Positions 39,100 through 50,925 of a stretch of DNA of 64,000 bases are shown here, in pieces. Position 1 is the first letter of the stretch. The number at the start of each line of letters is the position of its first letter. Position numbers and translations under genes: made by a program. The DNA comes from Octopus vulgaris (lineage: Eukaryota): contig OX597839.1 in assembly GCA_951406725.2 (NCBI GenBank), positions 11,532,001-11,596,000 on the forward strand, given 5' to 3'. Below the pieces are notes generated by a model. That model was not told where the DNA came from. It did not search any database and saw only the letters and a list, made by a program, of their open reading frames with translations.

Positions 39100-39890
39100 C
39101 TTTTTTGTGTCACTGGCACAAGTACCTTTTACATGTCACCAGCACGTGTCCCTTTTATATGCCATAGGTACAGTGCTTTTTATATGTCACTGGCACAGGT
39201 GTCTTTTATGTGTCACCGGCACGGGGGCCTTTTATGTGTCACCGGCACAAGTGCCTCTGACATGTCACCAGCATGTGTCCCTCTTATATGTTCATAGGTA
39301 CAGTGCTTTTTATATGTCACTGGCACAGGTGCCTTTTATGTGTCACCGGCACGGGGGCCTTTTATGTGTCACTGGCACAAGTGCCTCTGACATGTCACCA
39401 GTGCATGTCCCTTTTATATGTCATAGGTACAGTGCTTTTTATATGTCACTGGCACAGGTGCCTTTTATGTGTCACCGGCACGGGGGCCTTTTATGTGTCA
39501 CTGGCACAAGTGCCTCTGACATGTCACCAGTGCATGTTCCTTTTATATGTCATAGGTACAGTGCTTTTTATATGTCACTGGCACAGGTGCCTTTTATGTG
39601 TCACCGGCACGGGGGCCTTTTATGTGTCACTGGCACAAGTGCCTCTGACATGTCACCAGCGCATGTTCCTTTTATATGTCATAGGTACAGTGCTTTTTAT
39701 ATGTCACTGGCACAGGTGTCTTTTATGTGTCACTGGCACGGGGGCCTTTTATGTGTCACCGGCACAAGTGCCTCTGACATGTCACCAGCATGTGTCCCTC
39801 TTATATGTTCATGGGTACAGTGCTTTTTATATGTCACTGGCACAGGGGCTTTTTATGCGTCACTGACACAAGTGCCTAAAATGTCACCAG
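39100..39890. repeat. Higher-order minisatellite (129-130-bp unit of five sub-units of about 26 bp) expanded inside a family-C SINE
   Basis: AT(A/G)GGTACAGTGC starts at 39164, 39294, 39423, 39552, 39681 and 39811; sub-unit TTTTAT(A/G)TGTCAC(T/C)GGCAC. Preceded by the family-C motif CTGGATGCCCTTTCTAATGCCAACCAC. Confidence 0.92.
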
Positions 39891-40094
39891 CAAAATTTGT
39901 CAGCGGCCAGCCATGAGATTTGAACTCATATCTCTGTGATTACCTGTCAAGTGCTTTACCATTATATATATATATTAGAAAAAAACTCACCTTTTATCAA
40001 TTCAAATTAAATTATACCATTTAGAAAAATTACTTATTAAATATAATATAAAACATATAACAATGATTAAGTAATGTGCAAAATAATAAATAAA

Positions 40095-40139
<45 letters not shown>

Positions 40140-41005
40140 GCTTCTTTTAGGTTCCGTCTACCAAATCCACTCACAAGGCTTTGTTTGGCCCAAGGCTTTA
40201 GTAGAAGACACCTGCCCAAGGTGCTACGCAGTGGAACTGAACCTAGAACCATGTGGTTGGGAAGTAAGCTTCTTACCACACAGCCACGAATCATAATGTG
40301 GGAGAATGTGCTATTGAAATAGTGTCAGTTATTAAGTTTATGAATATCCGGATTGTTAGCCTTATCATTATAGTGTTTATTTCTATTCAATTGGTTTAAC
40401 TGTCTGATTGTCATCAAGTGTCTTGTTCCTTCCTGTCTAACCATCCAGGAATATGACACTTGTTGATGGTCAAACCAATTGAAATCCTCTGTAAATGGAG
40501 ATATTGTGAAACTCCTCAGTAGAGATGAGTGAGGTTTACAGGCTGGCTGTTTGCAGTTTTGATAATAGCCGCAGCTCAAGCACTAGAGTAGTTGCAAGCG
40601 TTAAGAAGGTCGAGTGGCAAGCACTATGGTCTTGGGTTCAAGTCCCCTGCGAGCCATCTTGGGTGAATGCCTGCTACCGTAACTTTGATTTGACTGAGGC
40701 CTTATGAATAGAACTTGGTTGACAGAAACTGCATGAAAGGCCATTGTATCTCATCATCATCATCATCATCATTTTAATATCCAATTGGCTATGCTTGTGT
40801 GTCTGATAGAGATCATAGTGGTAGATTTTCAATTGCCAGATGCCCGTCCTGTCTTCAACCTTCACCTATTTCTAAGCAAGATTTTTTTTTTTTTTCCAAC
40901 TGACCCAACATGTTTCTGTGAAAGATTGGAAGCAAACAACACCAATTGTAGGATGATGGTGATGCTCATCTACAGCTATTGCGCTTTAGTTATATACAAG
41001 CAAGG

Positions 41006-41340
41006 GAAGGCGCATGGCTCAGTGGTTAGAGTGTCGAACTTACGATCGTGAGGTTGTGAGTGCGAATCCAGGATCGGGCTACGTGTTATGTTCTTGAGCA
41101 AGACATTTTATTTCACGTTGCTCCAGTTCACTCAGCTGTAGAAATGAGTTGTGACATCACAGGTGCCAAGCTGTATCGGCCTTTGTCTTTCCCTTGGATA
41201 ACACTGGTGGCATGGAGACGGGAGGCTGGTATGCATGGGTGACTGCTGGTCTTCCATAAACAACCTTGCCCGGACTTGTGCCTGGGAGGGTAACTTTCTA
41301 GGTGCAATCCCATGGTCAGTCATGACTGAAGGGGGTCTCA
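41006..41340 (+). mobile_element. tRNA-derived CORE-type SINE, family E
   Basis: GGCGCATGGCTCAGTGGTTAGAG A-box head, then TTCTTGAGCAAGACATTTTATTTCACGTTGCTCCAGTTCACTCAGCTGTAGAAATGAG, a CORE-like domain. Confidence 0.75.
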
Positions 41341-41859
41341 ATATACAAGCAATAATAATCTCTCTTTGTGTGTGTGTGTGTGTGTATGTTTTCTCTAATG
41401 TAAGTTGGGTAAAGAAAAAAAACAGGAAAAAAGAATGCTATTTGAAGTCTCTTATGATATTTGTTCTGCACTGAGTTACAAACACTCACTGCTAGAACTG
41501 CAGTGGAGCAGAGACTGGCTTATAGGAAACTTGTAACCACAGCTGTCATTGTCCACCAAATGAGACATCAGCTAGATCAATGCAAGTGACAGCCCTACAA
41601 ACTCAACAAAGCTACTCTCATCACCTTTTGAAGTTAGCTCAGCATGTTTACATAGTTATCCAAATTTACAGCATGCAATTAACTTAGTATTTAGCTTCTA
41701 GTTACTCTATAATACGTGATTAACCAGATTTATAGAATACAGTTCAGTGTATTGTATATAGTTAACTCCATGTATTTACACACAATTAACCTAGTATATT
41801 GTAATAATTACTCCAGTATACTACACAGAGTTACAACAGTATATTATATATAGACACAT

Positions 41860-42000
41860 GTGTGGCTGTGTGGTAAGAAGCTTGCTTCCCAGTAACTTGG
41901 TTCTGGGTTCAGTTCCACTGCATGGCATCTTCGGCAACTGTCTTCTACCAAAGCCTTGTGAGTGGATTTGGTAGATGGAAACTGAAAGAAACCTGTCGTG

Positions 42001-42035
<35 letters not shown>

Positions 42036-42270
42036 GTATGTGTGTATATTTTTGTGTGTGTGTGTCTGTGTTTGTCCTCCTCTCCCATCACCATTTGACA
42101 ACCAGTGTTGGTGTGTTTAAGTCTCTGTGACCTAGCGGTTCGGCAATAGAGCACTATAAAATAAGTACTAGGCTTAAAAATAATAAGTCCTGGAGTCAAA
42201 TTATTTGACTAAAATCCTTCAGGGCAGTGCTCCAGCATGTCCGCAGTCAAATGACCAAAACAAGTAACCT
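41860..42270 (+). mobile_element. SINE family A
   Basis: Head, internal microsatellite and tail are all present. Confidence 0.82.
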
Positions 42271-42320
42271 ATTATTATTGCTCATAGTTAATTTAATATA
42301 TTCTCGGTTAAATGTTTCTT

Positions 42321-42538
42321 TTAACCCTTTAACATTTAAACCAGCCCAAATAGCCTACCTGTTATATGTTCAAACTGACCAGATCAGGCCTCTCCCACCT
42401 ACCCTACAGTGCCTTTCTAAAAATAAAGAAATGCATCATGAAAACCCGAAAACTATAAGATAATAGCTGATTAATTGAAAACGATCTGAATAAACAAGTA
42501 TTACATTTGACAGAGTAATCCAAATGCTATAAGGTTAA
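42321..42538. mobile_element. TTAA-flanked MITE (second piggyBac-like family)
   Basis: TTAACCCTTTAACATT ... AATGCTATAAGGTTAA. Related copies at about 14232-14440, 28015-28224 and several between 42846 and 44068. Confidence 0.7.
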
Positions 42539-42652
42539 ACCTTAGTCTCTGTTAGATACAAACTGTAGTTTATATTAAGTCATTAATGAACTCCCAGATT
42601 TGTGTGAGTATCTATTCATTAACCATGAATCTTTCTGTTGCTGCTTTTTCAG

Positions 42653-42688
42653 GCTAGCTCCCCTTCTACTACTGGCAATGGTTACCAG
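42653..42688 (+). CDS. Small coding exon, 36 nt, phase 0-0 (ASSPSTTGNGYQ)
   Basis: Acceptor CTTTCTGTTGCTGCTTTTTCAG with an upstream TTAAC branch candidate; donor CAG|GTTAGT; frame-compatible with 38239-38355. Confidence 0.7.
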
Positions 42689-43414
42689 GTTAGTATGACT
42701 ATTTTGTGTGGTTTTTGTACTCTGTTTTACTCTATTCTATCATCACCTGAACGTGGAGTATACAGTATTTGCAAAAAATGCTTTTAAGATGACTATGCTG
42801 GTCTTCTCTGGCAGGTTGTGGTAGTTAGAGTTTGTAACAATGGGTTAAGCCCTCTAGCATTTAAACTGGCTGTGTCCAGCCCAGTTATGCTATCTGTTTT
42901 ACATTGAAAGGCCAGATCAGGCCTCTCATGCCTATCTTACAATGTCATTCTAAAAATAAAGAATCGCATTATTGAACTCCCAAAGCTACAAGACAATGCT
43001 TATTAATTCAATACAATGGGAATGAATAAGCATGCTATCCAGCCCACACTATCTAGTCCAAATGTTCTACCTGTTTTATGCGTAAACCAGTCAGGTCTGG
43101 CCTTTCACACGTACGCTACAATGTCATCATCATCATCATCATCATCATCTAACATCCGCTTTCCCTGCTGGCATGTGTTGGACGGTTTGACAGGGGCCAA
43201 AAATAATCACACCATTGAAATATCAAAACTACCAGATAATGCATGATTAATTCAAAACAATGTGAAAAAAATAAGCAATGGACAGAATAATCTGAACACT
43301 ACAGGGTTAAACTGGCTCTCTCTCCAGTGCAAATATTATGTTCAAACTTGCCAGGTCTGGCCTCTCACACCTACCCTACAATGTCATTGTAAGAATATGC
43401 AATTACATCATTAA

Positions 43415-43968
43415 CCCTTTCGTTACCAACCCGGCTGAAACCAGCTCTGGCTCTGTAGTACAAATGTCTTGTTTTCATAAGTTTTGAATTAAAATCTTCC
43501 ACCAAACCTTAGTCACAATTTATGTTCCTAACACCAGCTGAATGTTAACTAAATTATTTTACTAAATTCTTTGTTATATTTAAAATTAATTGAAAGAAAC
43601 ACAGAGCATCTCAACAAATATGGTAACAAATGTCTTGTTTTCATAAGTTTTGCATTAAAATCTTCCACCAAACCTTAGTCACAATTTATGTTCCTAACAC
43701 TAGCTGAATGTTAACTAAATTATTTTACTAAATTGTTTGTTATATTTAAAATAATTGAAAGAAACACAGAGCATCTCAACAGAAATATGGTAACAAATGT
43801 CTTGTTTTCATAAGTTTTGAATTCAAATCTTCCACCAAACCTTAGTCACAATTTTTGTTCCTAACACAAGCTTAATGATAACTAAGTTATTTTACTAAAT
43901 TGTTTGTTATATTTAAAATAATTGAAAGAAACACAGAGCATCTCAAAATATATACAGTAACGAAAGGG
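43415..43968 (+). mobile_element. piggyBac-like MITE with an internal triplication of about 167 bp
   Basis: TTAA|CCCTTTCGTTAC ... GTAACGAAAGGG. The unit ACAAATGTCTTGTTTTCATAAG.. starts at 43460, 43626 and 43793; the single-unit form is at 13868-14087. Confidence 0.9.
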
Positions 43969-45602
43969 TTTAAATCTCAAAACTACAAAATAATGCATGA
44001 TTACTTCAACACAATGCAAATAAATAAGCATTACATTGGACAGAGTAATTTGGATGCAGAAGAGTTAAGAGGACAACACGTTGGTCTTCTGTGTTGGGTT
44101 GTGGTGGTCAGGGGCCAGTTTGTGGAGTAAATGGTATGTTATGTCTCACTTGTAGGTCTTCTCTACAGGTTGTGGTGATGATAATAAAGGGTTTACAGAT
44201 AAAAATTTCAGGGGGGTAGTATTTTGGGTTTTTTTCTCTCTTCTGATTGGACTGATTGATTTTGTGATTAAGATTTAATTGTTCTGTATGGCATGAAGCC
44301 GGGAGGTAATTAATATTTTTTGGTTTCTCTGTAGAGAAACCCTTTGAGGTTTTTGCCACAGTAATTCAGAAGAATTACCAACGCTAATGACCACAGGGAT
44401 CTAATTTGACAGGAACACCCATTTAAGACGTAGAATTATTGTCTAAAGTCAATTGTCTGTACTAAATCCCATGATATGCTGCTGTCCTCTGTCAGTTTTA
44501 ATTCATCAGATGACATGTAACACTGTTGACCTAACGAGTTAGCACAAGTAATTAGTTAATTGTCAGTGTTGGCTCAGAAGCATGGTTATTATGTTAATTA
44601 ACTTCCACTCATTATCACTGGCTTTAACAAAGCTTACGGCTGTAAAATTGGTTTGGGAGGTTTTGTTGTTGTTGTTGTTGTTGGTTTCACATGAATGTAA
44701 AGGTAAGATAAATGTTGTTTAGCCCTAGGTCAGTCCTCTGTGAGTAAACCTAAAATCAAAACTATTCCAGCCTTGATCACTGTTTTATGGAGTATCTCGG
44801 GTAGTGATTCTCAACCAGGGTCCATATGGCCCTTGGGGGCCCATATGGCCCTTGTGGTTTCATATGGCTCTTGGGATCCATATGAGATTCTCTGTTAAAA
44901 TTTATGAGAAATGAATTGCTTATACCTCTCAGTATAACTACTGCCTCTGTCACTAATATATATCTTTTAATCAGCCAACTTGCTAATTGTAGCATCAGCA
45001 TCTGTCCTGGTACTCTCAATCTGTATATTGCTGGTAGTGAGATGAACCTCTCTAGCAACCGAGGCCTCATCACTGATGAGGCCAAACAAGATCGAAATCA
45101 AGTGATCCACTGGTCTCAGCACTGGAGGTAGCTGGGATTTGTCTGTCTGCTATCTCTTTTTGTGATCCTTCATAGGCTCTCCCTCTACCCTATCCCCCTC
45201 TCTCTCTCTTCTCATTCTCTGATATCTGAACTTTGGTAGGAACCGCTTTCAACAACATTGCAACAAACAAGGCAATCTCTATATGATTTCCCATCCAGCC
45301 AGCCTGATCAGGTGACCTACTCGGACCACTGTAACTCTTTCTAATCAAGTGATGAGGCATGAACATCTGGCCTGGTTTTTAGCCCCTTTGGTCTTTCATT
45401 AGCTGAAATATCTCTTTTGTGCATGACGCAATTATGGATGATAGCAATGGCTTGCTAACTGATCTGGTAGATCCTGGCAATAGACATTTTGTTGACCCTC
45501 TGTTCATCCATTCAGCTTCTGGTGATATTCATCATTGGCTCACTAACTTGGGGTCTCTCAGCCCACCCTCAATGGCAGCTTGGGTTTCCCTCCAATAAAA
45601 GC

Positions 45603-46110
45603 CTATCTATCTATCTATCCGCTCAGTCGAAGTCGACTCTCAGTTACTCGATGGATCAGTGTCCTCCAGTCAGTTCTATCCTGGGCCGCTTCTTTCAGAT
45701 TGGCTATGTCCATTCCAGTATCACTCTTAATGGTGTCAAACCAGTGGGTTCTTGGTCGACCTCTTCCTCTCTTTCCACTGACCATTCCGAGCATGATGTC
45801 CTTCTCCAGGGATTTTCTCTGCATAATATGACCAAAATATGCCAATCTATGATTGGTGATCCTAGCTTCTAGCGACATTTTCGACCTGATCTGCATAAGA
45901 ACTTCTCCATTGGTGAGCCTTGCTGTCCATGGAATCTGTAAAAGTCTTCTCCAACACCAAAGCTTGAATGCATTTATTCTCTTCTGGTCAGCTTTCTTTA
46001 GTGTCCAGGTCTCACATTTCATTTGTTGCTATTGGGAAGACGATTGCATTCACCAATCTGCATTTGGTAGCGAGGCTGATGTCTCCACTCTTCCAGACCC
46101 TACCAATCTT
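45603..46110 (-). pseudogene. 5'-truncated RTE-clade (BovB-like) LINE 3' end
   Basis: Peptides ISLATKCRLVNAIVFPIAT / CETWTLKKADQKRINAFKLWCWRRLLQIPWTAR..RLAYFGHIMQR..GKRGRGRPRTHWFD..AQDRTDWR are a typical RTE C-terminus. One frameshift; (GATA)n tail at 45603-45619. Confidence 0.92.
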
Positions 46111-46726
46111 AAAAACAGGAAGAAACCAATTGATAGTAATGGTCATATCTGTAACATCTTTCATCACTGGTCTGCTGCTCAGAAGAGTTGATCTGGTGAG
46201 GGCTAAACAAAAACAAAAAAAAAGCTGTCTGGGGAAGGTGGGGAATGATTGATTAACTATTATCTCTCTCTCTCTTCTCTCTCTTTCTCTCTCTCTCTCC
46301 CCTCCCTCCCCCCACCAAGCTGTTGCCATTGGAAGCCAGTTCTGCTGTCCACAGACAGCTGTTTGTTTTCTCATCCATTGTATCTGATATGTTTACACAT
46401 ATATTAACAAGCATATTGATTGGTTGGTGGATGGTTTGGAGGGGGTGTGTGAATAATGGTTGTGATGGTGAGGAGGAGGCTGGTGGTGGTGGTGGTGGTT
46501 TTGTGACTAGTGTTAAGGACGTTTGTGGTAGTGGCAGTGGTTTCGATGTTGGCGGCGGCAGTGGCATACTGGTAAACTGGTACCTGCATGCAATCTTCAA
46601 AGACTAAACAAATTTATTAATAATAATCTGTTTAGTCTCTCTCTCTCTCTCTCTCTCTTTCTCTAATTATGACAAGTTGTCAAATGAGTTTTTAAGACAA
46701 ACCAAGATTATGTGTGTGTATATATA

Positions 46727-46783
<57 letters not shown>

Positions 46784-46997
46784 ACATACATACATATATA
46801 TGCACACATAAACATATATATATATACATACATATATATGCACACATAAACATATATATATACATACACACAAATGCATATATATGCACACACACACATA
46901 TATATATGTACACACATACACACATAAATATATATATACACACACACATGCATTATATATGTATATATATATATATATATACATACACATATGTATG

Positions 46998-47028
<31 letters not shown>

Positions 47029-47889
47029 TTATATATTATTTATATTACACACATACATACATACATACACACGGAGAGAGAGAGAGAAGTGGCTGGCTGT
47101 ATTGCTCAGCCGTCAATATATCAATATCTCTCACTGTAAGACTTGCCATCCCCCTTCACCCCCACCACCCCGCCTCTCTTACACCCCCACCCTCCCGCCT
47201 CCCTCTCGTTCTCTCATCGGTATTGTTAACATTGCTTTTATCGCTATTAGTAAGCAATTAACTACCAACTAGTTCAGCAGCTATCGACTGATGACTGCTC
47301 CACTCCGCCGCACTCCACCTCCCGCCTCCACCGCCACCACCAGCACCAGTACTCCATACACACATACACATACACACACATGTAGAATGTCGGGAGTACA
47401 TGACTATGTGTGTTCTCTGCCACTGGCCAGACGACAACAGAAACAACGAACTTGTGAATTACTGCCGACTCCTATTAACACAAACATCTCTGCTATTATT
47501 TCACTCATCCAGAAGCAATTTTCTTTCTCGTTTTATGAGGAGAACATGGAGAGCAGAAAGGGTGCTTTTTTTTTTTGCTTTGCTTATGTTTTTTCTTGAT
47601 TGTTGCTTTTCTTTTCTTTTTTTTTATCTAATAAACTCCCGGTTGTCATGATTAACATTATTATTATTGACATTATTTCATTATTATTATTATTGTTGTT
47701 GTTAGATTTTTGCCTTTGATCCATTTGGTTTTGTGGGGTCGATAAATTAAGTCCCAGTTGCGTACTGAGGTCAATCTAATTAAATATCCCCCTCCCCACA
47801 AATTCCAGGCCTTGTGCCTATTAGTAGAAAGGATTGTTGTTGTTGTTGTTATTATTATTATCATCATTATTATTGTTATTATTATTATT

Positions 47890-48212
47890 TTCGAGTGTCG
47901 CCTTACTGGCACTTGTGCCGGTGGCACATGAAAAAACATTCGAGCGAGGCCGTTGCCAGTACCACTGGACTGGCTCCTGTGCCAAAAACACCATTTGAGT
48001 GTGGCTGTTGCCAGTACTGCCTGACTGGCCCTCATGCCGGTAGGCATGTAAAAGCACCCACTACACTCTCGGAATGGTTGGCGTTAGGAAGGGCATCCAG
48101 CTGTAGAAACTCTGCCGGATCAAGATTGGAGCCTGATGCAGCCATCTGGTTTGCCAGTCCTCAGTCAAATCGTCCAACCCATGCTAGCATGGAAAGCAGA
48201 CATTAAACAATG
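47890..48212 (+). mobile_element. SINE family C
   Basis: GGTTGGCGTTAGGAAGGGCATCCAGCTGTAGAAAC..CCCATGCTAGCATGGAAAGC. Confidence 0.85.
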
Positions 48213-48650
48213 ATTATTAAGCTGGCAAAATCCTTAGCTTGCTGGGGAAAATGCTTAGTGGTATTTGTGCCCTTCTATATTCTGAGTTCAAATTCCACTG
48301 AGGTCAGCTTTGCCTTTCATCCTTTCAGGGTTGATAAAAATAAGTACCAGTTGAACACTAATCGACTTAACCCCTCCCATGGACTTGTTGGCCATGAGCC
48401 AAATTTTGGAACTATTATAGCAGCATTTGGTCTGTCAGTATGTTTAGAGTTCAAATTCTGCAGAGGTTGACTTTGCTTTTCATCTTTTTGGGGTTAATGA
48501 AATAAGTAACAGTTACACACTGGGGTTGATGTAATTAACTTGTTCTCTCCCCAAAAATTTCGGGCCTTGTGCCTATAGTAGAAAGGAATTATTTGCATAG
48601 TTGGGGAAATTGCTTAGTGGCATTTCATTTTGAGTTCAAATTCTGCCAAG

Positions 48651-48805
48651 ATGTTACAGATATGACCATTACTATCAATTGGTTTCTTCCTGTTTTTAAG
48701 ATTGGTAGGGTCTGGAAGAGTAGAGATATCAGACTCGCTACCAAATGCAGACTGGTGAATGCAATCGTCTTCCCAATAGCAACATATGAAATGCGAGACC
48801 TGGAC
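48651..48805 (+). repeat. Inverted local duplicate of about 46002-46157 (LINE end plus flank) inserted in a family-B SINE
   Basis: Reverse complement of 46002-46157 with few mismatches; includes both LINE and non-LINE flank. Confidence 0.9.
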
Positions 48806-49140
48806 ATCTTTGCTTTTCCTCTTCACAGGCTCAGTAAAATAAGGACCTGTCAAGTACTGGGATTGTGTAATCAACTCACCCCCACCTTGCAAAATTTCAG
48901 GTCAGTCACCTCACAGGTGGCTGAGTTCCTTTCGAGTGTTGGGCCTCACGGAGTCAATAACCAAGGCCTTTGGCATTATGTCATGCTTGAGAAGAAGACC
49001 CATGAAGCCAAACAAAATCGCAGATACTGATGTCATGCAAATGGCACCCATGCCAGTGGCACATAAATGCACCCATTATATTCTTAGAGTGGTTGGAGTT
49101 AGGAAGGGCATCCATCCATAGAAAACCATGCCAAATCAGA

Positions 49141-49445
49141 TGTGGAGGTACATGGCCTAGTGGTTAGAGCAGCGGACTCACGGTCAAGAGATCGCAGGTT
49201 TGAATCTCAGACCGGGCGATGTGTGTATTTATGAGCGAAAACACCTAAGCTCCACGCAGCTCTGGCAGAAGATAATGGCGAACTTCTGCTGACTCTTTTG
49301 CCACAACTTTCTCTCACTCTTTCCTCCTGCATCATGCAGCTCACCTGTGATGGACTGGTGTCCCGTCCAGGTGGGGAATCCTATATGCCAAGAAACCGGG
49401 GAACTGGCCCATATGAGCCAGGCATGGCTCGAGAGGGAACAAACA
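49141..49445 (+). mobile_element. SINE family D, full length, nested in family C
   Basis: 13-bp TSD ATGCCAAATCAGA at 49128-49140 and 49446-49458. Confidence 0.92.
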
Positions 49446-49624
49446 ATGCCAAATCAGACTGGAGTCTGGTGCAGCCTTCCAGCTTACCAGCTGTGGTCAA
49501 ACCATTCAAACAATGGACAACGCACTTTAAATGATGATGATGTGTCTATAATAGAAAGAATTGTTGTTGTTGTTTTTGTTGTTGTTACTTATTCTCATCA
49601 TGTTTCTTTCTCTCTTAATCGCAG

Positions 49625-49648
49625 TGTGACAGTGAAAGTGGAGACCAG
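49625..49648 (+). CDS. Candidate 24-nt microexon, phase 0-0 (CDSESGDQ)
   Basis: Polypyrimidine tract TGTTTCTTTCTCTCTTAATCGCAG, purine-rich body TGTGACAGTGAAAGTGGAGACCAG, donor CAG|GTAGGA; frame-compatible with the upstream exons. Confidence 0.55.
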
Positions 49649-50703
49649 GTAGGATACCTTTTTTTTTTCCCCATTTCGGTTCATCTTTTTCTCTTGACCG
49701 TCAGTCATGTCACCAAGGTTTATGTGCAATGTGTGTGTGTGTGGATACTTGTGTACATACGCACATATACATACGTGTATGTGCATATGTATATATATAT
49801 GTGTGTGTGTGTATATATCTGTGTATGGAGATAACAATGCAAATAAACAAATAAACATGTTTGGACTTGATATATAAAATATATATACATATACACATGA
49901 ATACATATATATATAGTGATGTATATAAATAAAGAGAAACAAAGGCTGAAAATATTCAGAAGATGAACATTCATGTATAGGCATATCCCTATACATATTT
50001 ACTTGTGTATATGTATATATATTTTATATATCAAGCACAAGCATGCTTATTTCTTTATTTGCATCATTATCGCCATATTTGCTCACCTGGATTCCTCTTA
50101 TGGCCACTCTTTACCCCATGGACTTGGTCCTCGATAAAGATTTCGGAGTGTAAGTTCAAATCGTTTGAGTGGTACCAAGTGTTTTCTGTACTGAGAATCT
50201 CTGGATCTCATCTGATGAATCTATGCCCGTGTATGTGTATATGGGTGTGTCTGTGTATAAAAAATGCATGCTTGTCTGTGTATGTATATATATGTGTGTG
50301 TATGTATTTATCATTTTTCCCCTTTGTGATTCTGAATATCGACCCTCTTAGAGGGTCAAGACCTCTTTTCTCAGAAGCAGACCAACCTCCATCACTGGAA
50401 TTTGGATAGAAGTGACAACTGCAAAACCTTAAATTTTGAATTTCAGATAATCCTTGCTTACTTTCAGCGTTCTGTTTACCAATTAATATTTTCAGAATTT
50501 GATAATTCCAGATGTTCTTGGCTGCTTCCTAAACACTCTGTAACATAACAAAATGCATTTGTGATTACGGGTACACATTACGGGTCTCATGAGTGAAGAA
50601 GACCCTATAGTCTCTTCTTTTATCCTTTATTTTTTTTACTCATTTCAGTCATTAGACTGTGGCCATGCTGGGGCACCACTTCGAAGGGTTTAGTCGAACA
50701 AAT

Positions 50704-50925
50704 CACATTCCAATCTTTATTCCTATCTGCCATTCTCTATTCCCCCTTCCCCATTCACTACTCATCACTCATCATTCTCCACTCATTCTTCATCCCAAAC
50801 AGAACATCTTCACCAATTTTCTACTCCCTGTTCACAACTCCTCACATTCCGATCTTTATTCCTATCTGCCGTTCTCTATTCCCCCTTCCCCACTCACTAC
50901 TCATCACTCATCATTCTCCACTCGT
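50704..50925. repeat. Direct duplication of about 80 bp
   Basis: CACATTCC(A/G)ATCTTTATTCCTATCTGCC..CATTCTCCACTC at about 50704 and 50843. Confidence 0.85.

Noticed and set aside
39038-39916. 292-aa Cys/His-rich ORF resembling a zinc-finger or metal-binding repeat protein
   Set aside because: Product of a 129-nt minisatellite inside a SINE; no C2H2 spacing or linker, and several frames are open.
47400-47560. Short ORF / possible alternative first exon (..MESRK)
   Set aside because: The following GTGCTT is a poor donor and there is no other support.
49141-49215. tRNA-like sequence (also at about 1935-2007, 33078-33150 and 41006-41080)
   Set aside because: SINE heads that continue into SINE bodies, with TSDs at some copies; not stand-alone tRNA genes.
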